The notes under the pieces are model-generated. The model searched no databases. It saw only the letters and a list, made by a program, of their open reading frames with translations, and was not told where the DNA came from. 64,000 bases of DNA from the IMG/VR virus record IMGVR_UViG_3300012165_000089; one strand, written 5' to 3'. Position numbers and translations under genes: made by a program. This document shows positions 29,905 through 38,314 of the stretch, piece by piece; within the stretch, counting starts at the first letter, position 1, and each line of letters opens with the position of its first letter. The stretch is from a virus. Its lineage: Duplodnaviria; Heunggongvirae; Uroviricota; Caudoviricetes.

Positions 29905-30297
29905 ATGAGTTTAGACGTCAGTCGGATTACCGAGTACTCAAAAGTGTTTTTAGTCCTCGCCATTGTTTGGTATTTAATGGCGTTTGTGTCAAGGAGAAGA
30001 CGTGTCATCTCCATGTTCATTTATGGAATCATTGGTACGGTATTTTTACTTATAGGTATTTTCAGTGTTATCTATATGTTGATTCACCTGCAAGGAAGGG
30101 AGAGAATACAGGTCTTATTTCCTATTGTGCTTATCGCGTTAGCTATACTGGTCTTTATTGTAGGCGGAGCTATTGCAACACAAAAGAAACAACAACCAAA
30201 ATTCGATGACGATAGTTCTCGAAATTCGATACGAGAAAAAGCAAAACCGAGTGAAAAAGAAATAGTTATCGACGAATCGCTGCGTGGGCTGAAGTGA
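29905..30297 (+). CDS. Small membrane protein, 3 predicted TM helices
   Basis: RBS aaggaaggag. Hydrophobic segments VFLVLAIVWYLMAFV, MFIYGIIGTVFLLIGIFSVIYMLI, VLFPIVLIALAILVFIVGGAIA. Confidence 0.5.
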   Translation: MSLDVSRITEYSKVFLVLAIVWYLMAFVSRRRRVISMFIYGIIGTVFLLIGIFSVIYMLIHLQGRERIQVLFPIVLIALAILVFIVGGAIATQKKQQPKFDDDSSRNSIREKAKPSEKEIVIDESLRGLK

Positions 30298-30378
30298 AAA
30301 AGAGCACAGAAACTAGAAAGCGCAAGAGGTCATTCATAATTCAAGTATAAAAGTATAAAAGTAAAGAAGGAGATTGTT

Positions 30379-31392
30379 ATGAAGATATCCAAAAAAACAA
30401 TGATAATTACTTGTTTAACCTGTATGCTCGCATTGCCCGTCACGGGATTCGCAGAAGAAAAGATCAATAACGTTACTGTCCGACTTGAGACAGAAGGATT
30501 TGACAAGTGGGGTTCTCCGGAAATCGAGGTAGTGACCAGGAGTGGTCATTATTCTGCCGGCGAAATCTATACCGCATTTGACTATTACGGCATGGATGGA
30601 ACATATGATGAAGATTCCAATGTATACGTTATTCAGCTTGATGCGGAAGATGGATACTATTTTAACATCACGAAAGTTGAAAATATTAAAGTAACAGGCC
30701 TTGGTGCAACATATGTAAAAGCATCCCGACAAAACAATGGACAGAATCTGTATATTACCGTATCATTGGATATAGATACGTTTGTTGGTGAAATTGAGGA
30801 TGCAAAATGGACGCAGAATGGCTTCGGCACTTGGGATGAAGCATATGGCGCTCAGTCGTATATGGTTTTCCTAACAGATGATAAGGGGAGGACTAAGAAA
30901 GCAGAAACCGGTGGACTCCATTATGACTTCAGGCCTTATATGCAAAGGGAAGGAACATACTCTTTTCGCGTAAGGCCAGTATCAACTACCGGCAAGACGG
31001 GTGTCTGGTGTGATGCCGGTGGATTTGTTACAACAGGAGAAATGGCAACGCAGCATAAAGTAATGTTTGCAGTTGAAAAAGAAATCGTATATCAGGATGG
31101 AATTAAAACCCCTGATAGAGAAATTGTGACTTATAGAAACACCGGATGGCAAGAAGATGAAAATGGTCGTTTTTGGTTTAGAAACGAAGACGCTTCATAT
31201 CCACAGATGACATGGCTTCAGTTAGGTGATAATTGGTATTTCTTTGATAGAAACGGATATTTAAAAAACAATGAATATTTGACTTGTGGCAAGAGGGACT
31301 ATTACTTGACAGATGATGGGAAAATGCTTATGAATGCAACCGCACCAGACGGAAGAGTGGCAGGAGCAGATGGAAAATTAGAAAAACAGTAA
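30379..31392 (+). CDS. Secreted protein with an N-terminal signal peptide and C-terminal CWB repeats
   Basis: MKISKKTMIITCLTCMLALPVTGFA. C-terminus GRFWFRNEDASYPQMTWLQLGDNWYFFDRNGYL...DYYLTDDGKMLMNATAPDGRVAG. RBS aagaaggag. Confidence 0.6.
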   Translation: MKISKKTMIITCLTCMLALPVTGFAEEKINNVTVRLETEGFDKWGSPEIEVVTRSGHYSAGEIYTAFDYYGMDGTYDEDSNVYVIQLDAEDGYYFNITKVENIKVTGLGATYVKASRQNNGQNLYITVSLDIDTFVGEIEDAKWTQNGFGTWDEAYGAQSYMVFLTDDKGRTKKAETGGLHYDFRPYMQREGTYSFRVRPVSTTGKTGVWCDAGGFVTTGEMATQHKVMFAVEKEIVYQDGIKTPDREIVTYRNTGWQEDENGRFWFRNEDASYPQMTWLQLGDNWYFFDRNGYLKNNEYLTCGKRDYYLTDDGKMLMNATAPDGRVAGADGKLEKQ

Positions 31393-31439
31393 GAAATCAA
31401 TATCCGCATACAAGTGGTAATTGGAACTTTTTCACTTTT

Positions 31440-31725
31440 AGCGTATACTAAAGCTAGTTCAGAAAAATAATCGTCTGTACTTATCAACCTAATCTGGCAA
31501 GAAGCCTCCCTTCTCTTGGGTGGTGGAATGAATTGCAATAACGAGCCAGACGTCAGCGGTGGGCATATATCCCCGCTGACAATAGGTCAAGCCAGTCTGT
31601 CCTTATAGGACGGAGGATGGAGCCGTAGCGCTCCATGTCATCACGGGTAGCAGGCCTATGATGTGGATTGAAATACTGCAATGGCAGTAACCGCAGCTAT
31701 GGTCATACATCATAGCTTTTTTTTT
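31440..31725 (+). ncRNA. Structured, GC-rich noncoding RNA candidate ending in a strong intrinsic terminator
   Basis: Several stable hairpins: cagcggtgggcatatatccccgctg, gtccttataggac, ggagccgtagcgctcc. Terminal hairpin ctatgatgt...acatcatag (31656-31716) followed by a T9 run. No RBS-led ORF. Flanked by TCAATATCCGCA motifs at 31397 and 31801. Confidence 0.4.
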
Positions 31726-31885
31726 CTAAAAAATCAAAACCATTTATGTTCAAAGCACTAGCATAATTATATATGAAAAACAGATAAAAAGCATTAAAAG
31801 CAATATCCGCAGAACGGGAATGTTTGCCTACCAAAGTAAAAAGTAATACGATATGAGATATAACCAGGAGAAGGAGTGGTTTTCC

Positions 31886-33979
31886 ATGGAATTAAAGGGC
31901 AGATGCATTCAGGTCGAACAAAGAGACCGAGCAACAAATGCAATAACGTTCATCTTGCTTGATTATGCTACAAAAGAGGAAATCCGCGCATTTGGTGTTA
32001 CAAAGATGGTTGAAATAAATACGCAATATTGTTTAGAGGGTGACTATCACCACGATGGAACGTTTCGTTTTGGCAATCTAAGAAAAATGACCAACTGCCG
32101 GCAGGAATCCATTGATTTACTGAGTATTTGCTTGACCGGCATTTCGGAACAAATCGCAATGAGAATTGTTGATACATTAGGTGATGATATATTTTCTTGC
32201 GCCAAAGAACATAACCTATACTCCAGATTGGTGAATATCCCAGGCGTGGGAAATCGAAAAGCGGATGCCGTAATTGAATTTATCAAACAGGGAACAGATG
32301 AAAATGAATTGTTCCGTTTCCTATCTGGTTATAGCGTTCCATATACGTCAATTCTGAGACTGTTAAGTGAAGCACCTAAAACAAGCATTGATACTATTGC
32401 ACAAAACCCGTTTATGCTAATGGCCTATGATGCACCCTTCAAGCTGTGTGATGAAATCGGAGTCAAGGCACAATTGGATCCATGGGCAACGAATCGCATA
32501 TATGCAATGATTCGGCAGGTGTTGCAGCAAATGCACCAGCGCGGTGACACCCGGATGGAATACGATGCTTTTTTAAAAACAGTAACGAGGTATTCCTTTA
32601 CAAACGGGAAAAGTACACTGGCAGTACCGACTGAATTAGTTGATATTCTATTGCATTCCATGGAATATGGCAAGATTTATCAAGACGGCGAGAAACGATA
32701 TATTTCCTCTGTAAGCGCTTTTTTACAAGAAAGGACCATTGTCCAAAATACAAGTCGCATTAAGATGTCTAAAAAAACCTTGGTAGCGGACGTGAAAAAA
32801 TACATAGAGGAAATTGAAGAAAGTGAACTTATCCAGTATAATGATGAACAAAGAGAAGTTTTCAAGGTTCTGGAGTCGGGTGGTATCTCAGTTCTGCTTG
32901 GCGGTCCGGGTACTGGTAAAACAACAGTAATTAACGGGATCGTAAAGGCATATTTAAGCGAACATCCAGACGGACATGTTCTTTTATGCGCCCCGACTGG
33001 TCGTGCAGCGGCTCGCATCACAGAAATCAGCAAACATACAGCCAAGACGATTCATAAAGCAATGCAGTTAAGATGGTACAACAACGATACGAAAGTAGAA
33101 CCATTGCAATATGATTTTATCATCGCTGATGAATTAAGTATGTGTGATACGGAATTGTTCTCGCTATTTACGAAAGCAATACAATCCGGAACGACGGTAT
33201 TATTATCAGGCGATTACAATCAGATTCCAAGTGTGGGGCCGGGGCAAATTTTAAGAGACTTGGCAGAGAGCGAGCAATTTCCTGTTTATCGCTTGGAGGC
33301 AATCATCCGGCAAAAGGCAGATAGTTTGATAATAAGAAATGCAAATGCCATTTTAAATGGCGAGAAATTAAAAACTGGTCCTGATTTCCAAGTTGCAATA
33401 GCCGCCAATGATAATGCAATATTTAACACGATTCGGAAAATGAAGTATGAAAGAATACCACAGATTCTATGTCCGATAAAAAAATCCATTGCTGGCACAT
33501 TCTCGATTAATCACCAAATGCAAACCAAACGTGAATGGACGGATTCCGGCGTGTGGATTGACGGCATGATGTTTCATGCCGGAGACAAGGTTATCATGAA
33601 TACCAATAATTACGAAGTAGGATACATGAATGGCGATACCGGTGTTATTCGGGCAATTAATAATGGTTTTATGCAAATTGATTTTGTTGACAAATCATTG
33701 AACATTGCCACTGCAAAGACGGATGGAATGAATCTTTCGTACGCACTGACCTTTCATAAATCCCAAGGTGCTGAATCTGATGAAATACTTATCGTTCTTC
33801 CATCGCAGGCAACCCGCATGGCAACAAGAGAATTGCTTTATACCGCAGTCACAAGAGCAAGGAAGAAAGTGTTTATCATGGCAACGGAAGGCGTTTTGGA
33901 ATCATATATGCTGGAAAGCAAAAAAGCAAGAAGGGAATGCGGATTGAAGTCCGGATTACTTGGGCGAATTAAATATTAG
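31886..33979 (+). CDS. RecD2-like (YrrC-type) ATP-dependent DNA helicase
   Basis: N-terminal OB-like region, HhH IPGVGNRKADAVIEF, Walker A LLGGPGTGKTTVI, Walker B FIIADELSMCD, SGDYNQIPSVGPGQILRDL, and motif V/VI YALTFHKSQGAESDEIL. RBS aggagaaggag. Confidence 0.7.
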   Translation: MELKGRCIQVEQRDRATNAITFILLDYATKEEIRAFGVTKMVEINTQYCLEGDYHHDGTFRFGNLRKMTNCRQESIDLLSICLTGISEQIAMRIVDTLGDDIFSCAKEHNLYSRLVNIPGVGNRKADAVIEFIKQGTDENELFRFLSGYSVPYTSILRLLSEAPKTSIDTIAQNPFMLMAYDAPFKLCDEIGVKAQLDPWATNRIYAMIRQVLQQMHQRGDTRMEYDAFLKTVTRYSFTNGKSTLAVPTELVDILLHSMEYGKIYQDGEKRYISSVSAFLQERTIVQNTSRIKMSKKTLVADVKKYIEEIEESELIQYNDEQREVFKVLESGGISVLLGGPGTGKTTVINGIVKAYLSEHPDGHVLLCAPTGRAAARITEISKHTAKTIHKAMQLRWYNNDTKVEPLQYDFIIADELSMCDTELFSLFTKAIQSGTTVLLSGDYNQIPSVGPGQILRDLAESEQFPVYRLEAIIRQKADSLIIRNANAILNGEKLKTGPDFQVAIAANDNAIFNTIRKMKYERIPQILCPIKKSIAGTFSINHQMQTKREWTDSGVWIDGMMFHAGDKVIMNTNNYEVGYMNGDTGVIRAINNGFMQIDFVDKSLNIATAKTDGMNLSYALTFHKSQGAESDEILIVLPSQATRMATRELLYTAVTRARKKVFIMATEGVLESYMLESKKARRECGLKSGLLGRIKY

Positions 33980-33995
33980 AACTAGGAGAATACAT

Positions 33996-34601
33996 ATGGA
34001 AGGAATTATTCATATAGCCGGGGCTATGCCACGAATGGGAACTACGACCGCAGCAATGCAATTGATTCATTTTTTAAAGCGTAACAATTATGAAGCCGCT
34101 TATGCGGAGATGAATACGCAGGATTATATATGGGGGACGACACAGGTATATAAGGAATGCGTTATGGATAAGATTCCCGGCAAGGTCACATATAGCGGTA
34201 TTGATTTATACTCGAAAGAACGACTATCCGAGTTGGTATCCGGCGGCACGCATTATGATTATCTGATTTGTGATTTTGGGAACATCCAGTCGAAAACCTT
34301 TGATATGCAAGCGTTTACAAATTGCAGCGCAATGATTATCGTGGCCGGTGATAAATCAAATGAAATATTTTACACCGAGAGTGCGTTAAAGCATAAGGCA
34401 CTGGACAATGCAATTTATGTGTTTAACTTCATCCAGCGAAGTGATGAAGCGGATATTCTGGCTATGATGCAGGACAAAGCAAAGCGAACAGCCTTTATGC
34501 CTTACATGCCGGATCCATATATAGAAATTGAAAACGATGATGTTAATAAATGCTATTATACAGTTATGAACAATGTCGTTGAACTGACAGGAGGGATTTG
34601 A
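33996..34601 (+). CDS. ParA/MinD-fold-like protein with a degenerate Walker A
   Basis: IHIAGAMPRMGTTTAAMQLI aligns with the ParA pattern [20 protein letters not shown], but the GK[ST] lysines are missing. RBS ctaggagaa. The ORF is also open from a TTG at 33960. Confidence 0.3.
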   Translation: MEGIIHIAGAMPRMGTTTAAMQLIHFLKRNNYEAAYAEMNTQDYIWGTTQVYKECVMDKIPGKVTYSGIDLYSKERLSELVSGGTHYDYLICDFGNIQSKTFDMQAFTNCSAMIIVAGDKSNEIFYTESALKHKALDNAIYVFNFIQRSDEADILAMMQDKAKRTAFMPYMPDPYIEIENDDVNKCYYTVMNNVVELTGGI

Positions 34602-34867
34602 TGTCGCGATTCAATGTGCGCTTGGAAGAAAAAGTAAGAGCGGAGGAAGATGTTGAAAAAAAACAGGTCCAACTAAAGGAAGAAGCCGGTATTGAAGATG
34701 AAGATATTGTCGTGAAGGAAAAAGGGGTAAAAGATTACTCGAAGGCAATTCTTCGTACCATGATTTACATTGCAATCGTATTTTTTTTCTTTGTTGGCGT
34801 AATTACACTTTTGAATCCAGTTTCAAGAAACTTGATGTTAACGTTTCTAAGTCAATTTTTTCATTAG
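34598..34867 (+). CDS. Small protein with a C-terminal TM helix
   Basis: ATGA overlap with the previous gene. C-terminus IYIAIVFFFFVGVITLL. Confidence 0.4.
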   Translation: MMSRFNVRLEEKVRAEEDVEKKQVQLKEEAGIEDEDIVVKEKGVKDYSKAILRTMIYIAIVFFFFVGVITLLNPVSRNLMLTFLSQFFH

Positions 34868-34879
34868 CGGGGTGTTTAT

Positions 34880-35266
34880 ATGGAAAAAAAATTTGATGTG
34901 TACACGATTGAGGAGTTGTTTTCCATGGATCCTGAGCTATTGATTGAGAAAGCGAGTGAGCGGTTTCGTCTGGAAATCCCACCATCATTGGATTCAATCA
35001 ACGATATGAAGCAAGCCGGATTGCTACTGGGTAAATGTTCTTCCGAATTTTCTTATCTGGCCAACATGGCCATGACGGCTAAGATCAGAAAGCGAAAGGT
35101 CAAGCGAGAAGGCGGCACGAGGCAGGATGTCGAAGATGCCTTGTCTCGTGAAGAAATTTTCGCTACATATGCCGATATCATGAAATTAGCGTATAATTCA
35201 GTGTCAAGAATGATTACCGTGAAACAGCAGATTAATGACGAACTAAAATTTACGGATGGGAGATGA
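34880..35266 (+). CDS. Hypothetical protein
   Basis: ORF in the gene train, with a weak RBS. Confidence 0.4.
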   Translation: MEKKFDVYTIEELFSMDPELLIEKASERFRLEIPPSLDSINDMKQAGLLLGKCSSEFSYLANMAMTAKIRKRKVKREGGTRQDVEDALSREEIFATYADIMKLAYNSVSRMITVKQQINDELKFTDGR

Positions 35267-35741
35267 CGTGGTGAGCACAGGTACTAGAATGACCGAAGAT
35301 GGCAACGTTGAAATTTTAATCCCGTTGCAAGCGTACACCAAGAAAAATTCCCAACGTATCTTGTACCGATATGTCAAGGGAAAAAAGGTACCATTCATTT
35401 GTCCGTCAGAGCAATACGAACAGTATGAACGAGATTGCAGCGTCTTTGTCCGTCCACTGGGCATTATTTCGCCAGTAAACATAAAGGCACATTATTACAT
35501 GAACACTAAAAAAAGAGTGGATCTAACGAATTTAAACGAGGCATTGCATGATATCCTTGTTGCAAATCAGCTATTATGCGATGATAATTGCCTTATAGTG
35601 GTTTCAACTGATGGCAGTAGAGTGTTTTACGATAGGGAAAACCCCCGGACCGAAGTGTGGATTACGGCAATTGACCCGACTTTTCCCGTTTTAAATTCAT
35701 CGTTACCAAAAGCAAGAGGGAGGAAGCAACGTGGACAGTGA
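35256..35741 (+). CDS. rusA: RusA-like Holliday junction resolvase (phage type)
   Basis: KRVDLTNLNEALHDILVANQLLCDDNCLIV matches the RusA DLDNL.KA..Dal...v..DD..v catalytic region. Start is ambiguous: ATG at 35256, GTG at 35271 or ATG at 35289. Confidence 0.55.
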   Translation: MGDDVVSTGTRMTEDGNVEILIPLQAYTKKNSQRILYRYVKGKKVPFICPSEQYEQYERDCSVFVRPLGIISPVNIKAHYYMNTKKRVDLTNLNEALHDILVANQLLCDDNCLIVVSTDGSRVFYDRENPRTEVWITAIDPTFPVLNSSLPKARGRKQRGQ

Positions 35742-36438
35742 GTATTATTTGTACGACCAGGTTCTTCTCGGAAGAAAGGAAACCTGCGGCAAGGAATTAT
35801 TTGAAACAACGGTAAACGGAAAGAAAGAGTATAATCCGGCGGATGAGGAACGAGCACTTAAGATTTTAAGATACGCGTTTGAGTATTATCTTGAATGGGA
35901 TCAGGAACAGATTAAATGCAACATTTCCCCGGGAGTTTTGAAAATGCTCAAACTTGACGGTATCGTGAGACAAAGAATTCGTTTTCCGGTCGAATTAGAA
36001 GCAATGGAAAACCTGCAATACCTGGTTCATAGAATGTATCCCGATCGATACCTTTATAATCAGCGGCAGGCAATTGAAACTTATTATGACAGCGTTCTTG
36101 CCGGGGAAATCAAGCGTTTCAAAAAAGGCTTCTTCACGGAAGATAATGGAGAATACAGGGCAGGCATCTGCTTGCAAAGAATGCTGCAGATGATTGGGCA
36201 GTTTTCAAATATAAGGGAAATCTATGACCTTTTTGCGGGAACGGAAGGCCGGAAGATTCTCAGTCGATATAAGTTGAGCAGTGCTGCACGTGATTTATAT
36301 GAATTACCAATTGATTTTTTACATTTCTCACTTCCTTCCGGTAATAGGGATGAGTTTTACTATGAGTATCTAAGATTCTCACTAGTAAATGAGAAACAGA
36401 AAAGGAGTATGAGAAAAAAGGGAACATTCGTTATGTAA
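35731..36438 (+). CDS. Hypothetical protein
   Basis: GTG start after the RBS gagggagg. No recognised motifs. Confidence 0.45.
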   Translation: MDSEYYLYDQVLLGRKETCGKELFETTVNGKKEYNPADEERALKILRYAFEYYLEWDQEQIKCNISPGVLKMLKLDGIVRQRIRFPVELEAMENLQYLVHRMYPDRYLYNQRQAIETYYDSVLAGEIKRFKKGFFTEDNGEYRAGICLQRMLQMIGQFSNIREIYDLFAGTEGRKILSRYKLSSAARDLYELPIDFLHFSLPSGNRDEFYYEYLRFSLVNEKQKRSMRKKGTFVM

Positions 36439-36503
36439 GTGAATCGCAGTTTTTACATAGATTCGCATCCATAATTGTTACAAGTATAAAGGAGGGGTAA
36501 TAA

Positions 36504-37181
36504 ATGGATAAGAAGCTTTGCGACATCTGCATGAATGAGATGGATGAAGAACTTAGAAATATAGCATTTGAATGTGAGTTAGGGTGCTTTCACACAGACG
36601 CTCCAATTTATACGTGCAAAAACTGTGGATATGAAAAAGTAAAAACTTGCTCAGTGCAATTATGGGAAGATGATGAGAAACAATCCGCTCAACAGGACTC
36701 AGAAGAGAGCACGGATTCTCAAGCTGATGAGCCAATTAATACATCACCTGAAAAAGAGACTGCTACAGCTCCAAAAGTGTTAACTAAGGTTGATGGGAAA
36801 ACGGTGTGCTCAGATGAGTGGTTAGATTGGATGCTTGATAAATACGATTGGTTCTTACCACTATATAATCGACTGATTTCTAAACAGCGGAAAGAACAAC
36901 GGTATTTAATGAAACACGCCCCTAGTTTTAAGGCGATTTTAAATGACGTGCTTTACGATACGGAAACGTCAACAATGTTCTATATGGAAGAAAAGAATTT
37001 TGAGCATGACAAATGCCGGATGTATTATTACGTCACAAAGTCCGGAAAATTCTTTCGTATCATTACAAAATTTGGTGACCCTGATGAATTAACAACAATG
37101 GATGTTAAATCAGTGAAAAAAATACTGTCTCATAAACCAGAAATTTACAAAGCGGTGGTTCCTGGGGAGATTTTTGATTAA
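36504..37181 (+). CDS. Hypothetical protein with an N-terminal Cys4 zinc ribbon
   Basis: CDICMNEM...CELGCFH...CKNCGYEKVKTC. RBS aaggagggg. Confidence 0.45.
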   Translation: MDKKLCDICMNEMDEELRNIAFECELGCFHTDAPIYTCKNCGYEKVKTCSVQLWEDDEKQSAQQDSEESTDSQADEPINTSPEKETATAPKVLTKVDGKTVCSDEWLDWMLDKYDWFLPLYNRLISKQRKEQRYLMKHAPSFKAILNDVLYDTETSTMFYMEEKNFEHDKCRMYYYVTKSGKFFRIITKFGDPDELTTMDVKSVKKILSHKPEIYKAVVPGEIFD

Positions 37182-37360
37182 ATTAATAAATATTAGAAAA
37201 TCATGTTGGAAATAGTATTTTCTGCAATTTTGCAATAGGTTAATAAGGATTTAAAATAGTTAATAAAAACCCAAAAAAGTCAAAAGCAAATCATAATTAC
37301 TTTGAGCAAGTAATGCTTATAAAACGAGGCCGAAAGCGGGCATATGAAAGGAGTTTCAGA

Positions 37361-37561
37361 ATGAAAGGTACTGTGAAATGGTTTAATCCTAGAAAAGGAT
37401 ATGGTTTTATCGTCGGCGAGGACGGTGAAGATTATTTCGTACATTTTTCAAGCATTCAGGCTGAAGGTTATCGCGTCTTAAAAGAAGCGGCAGAAGTAAC
37501 TTTTGTAACTGATGTTGACGACAATGGTCGCAAAGTGGCAAAGGACGTAATGGCTGCGTAA
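37361..37561 (+). CDS. csp: Cold-shock protein (CspA family), 66 aa
   Basis: MKGTVKWFNPRKGYGFIVGEDGEDYFVHFSSIQAEGYRVLKEAAEVTF carries the RNP-1 KGFGFI and RNP-2 VFVHF motifs. RBS aaaggag. About 170-nt 5' UTR. Confidence 0.8.
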   Translation: MKGTVKWFNPRKGYGFIVGEDGEDYFVHFSSIQAEGYRVLKEAAEVTFVTDVDDNGRKVAKDVMAA

Positions 37562-37569
37562 AAACCACA

Positions 37570-37600
37570 AAAGAGACGGGACAAAATCCCGTCTTTTGAT
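37570..37600. terminator. Bidirectional rho-independent terminator between the convergent csp and 37608(-) genes
   Basis: agacgggacaaaatcccgtct hairpin with T-tracts on both strands. Confidence 0.6.
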
Positions 37601-37607
37601 TTGCTAA

Positions 37608-38066
37608 TTAATCAAAAAATTTCTCTCGATCTTCCGGGTTCTCTGAATACATTAAAAGCAAATCCTGAAGCATTGGTTTTTGGTCCTCGTTTTTCTCGCC
37701 ATCAATCCAGCTTGGGGTGGAAGGATAGAATCGCATCAATACTTCATTTGCAATTTCCGGTGTAATCTCATCAACATCATTTGGAATTGCAGATTCGCCA
37801 TATATGTTGATAAGCGTATTTACCGCAAGAAGTTTCCGATAAAAATCACATCCCTCATTTACTAACGGCAGATATTTCTCATCTGTGATAACGGTACCAA
37901 AGCCCGGCTGCTCATTTAGCATACACCGACCAACCGGCGTAGCAATGTGCCTTGAACAGCCTTTGGTATAGGTGATCGGAATTTCCCGCTCAAAAGGATC
38001 AAATTTCTTCAATTCCTCACTTGAATCAAATTTTCTCTCTTTATAATAATTCAAATTTTCACTCAT
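37608..38066 (-). CDS. Hypothetical protein; the only convincing minus-strand gene in the window
   Basis: Start chosen at the second ATG (MSENLNYYKE), preceded by gataggag at 7-nt spacing. Its 3' end abuts the bidirectional terminator. No recognised motifs. Confidence 0.5.
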   Translation of the reverse strand: MSENLNYYKERKFDSSEELKKFDPFEREIPITYTKGCSRHIATPVGRCMLNEQPGFGTVITDEKYLPLVNEGCDFYRKLLAVNTLINIYGESAIPNDVDEITPEIANEVLMRFYPSTPSWIDGEKNEDQKPMLQDLLLMYSENPEDREKFFD

Positions 38067-38126
38067 AACAAAACTCCTATCTACATTGGGTATCATCAGT
38101 TGTCTATCTCTTATATACCATTTTAC

Positions 38127-38282
38127 TGCGGATACTGATTTTTAGCAAGAAATTCCACTCTGCGGATATCGTTTTTTTGTAAGATTTCCATTATCCGCAG
38201 ATTTAAGTGAAAAAATCAAGGATTCCAGCAGAAATATTAAAAAGCAGATATCCGTAAAAGCAACATTCCCTCTCCATAATTA
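38127..38282. promoter_or_regulatory. Cluster of four DnaA-box-like (T/A)TATCCGCA motifs in a divergent intergenic region, plus a CCATAATT -10-like element
   Basis: tgcggata at 38127-38134 (reverse), tgcggatat at 38161-38169 (reverse), ttatccgcag at 38191-38200 (forward), gatatccgt at 38247-38255 (forward), ccataatt at 38275-38282. The region is AT-rich and lies between the 37608(-) and 38315(+) genes. Confidence 0.45.
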
Positions 38283-38314
38283 CATCAGAACAAAAAAGAG
38301 GAGGGGAATAGTTT

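Noticed and set aside
31302-31538. 78-aa minus-strand ORF overlapping the structured RNA region
   Set aside because: It has no RBS, runs antisense across the 3' end of the 30379 gene and the hairpin-rich segment, and is more parsimoniously non-coding.
31500-31560. T-box riboswitch (gggtggtgg resembles the T-box GGGTGG core)
   Set aside because: The ACCGCG part of the T-box, the specifier loop and AG-box context are missing. The motif is about 190 nt from the terminator and the downstream gene is a helicase rather than an aminoacyl-tRNA or amino-acid gene.
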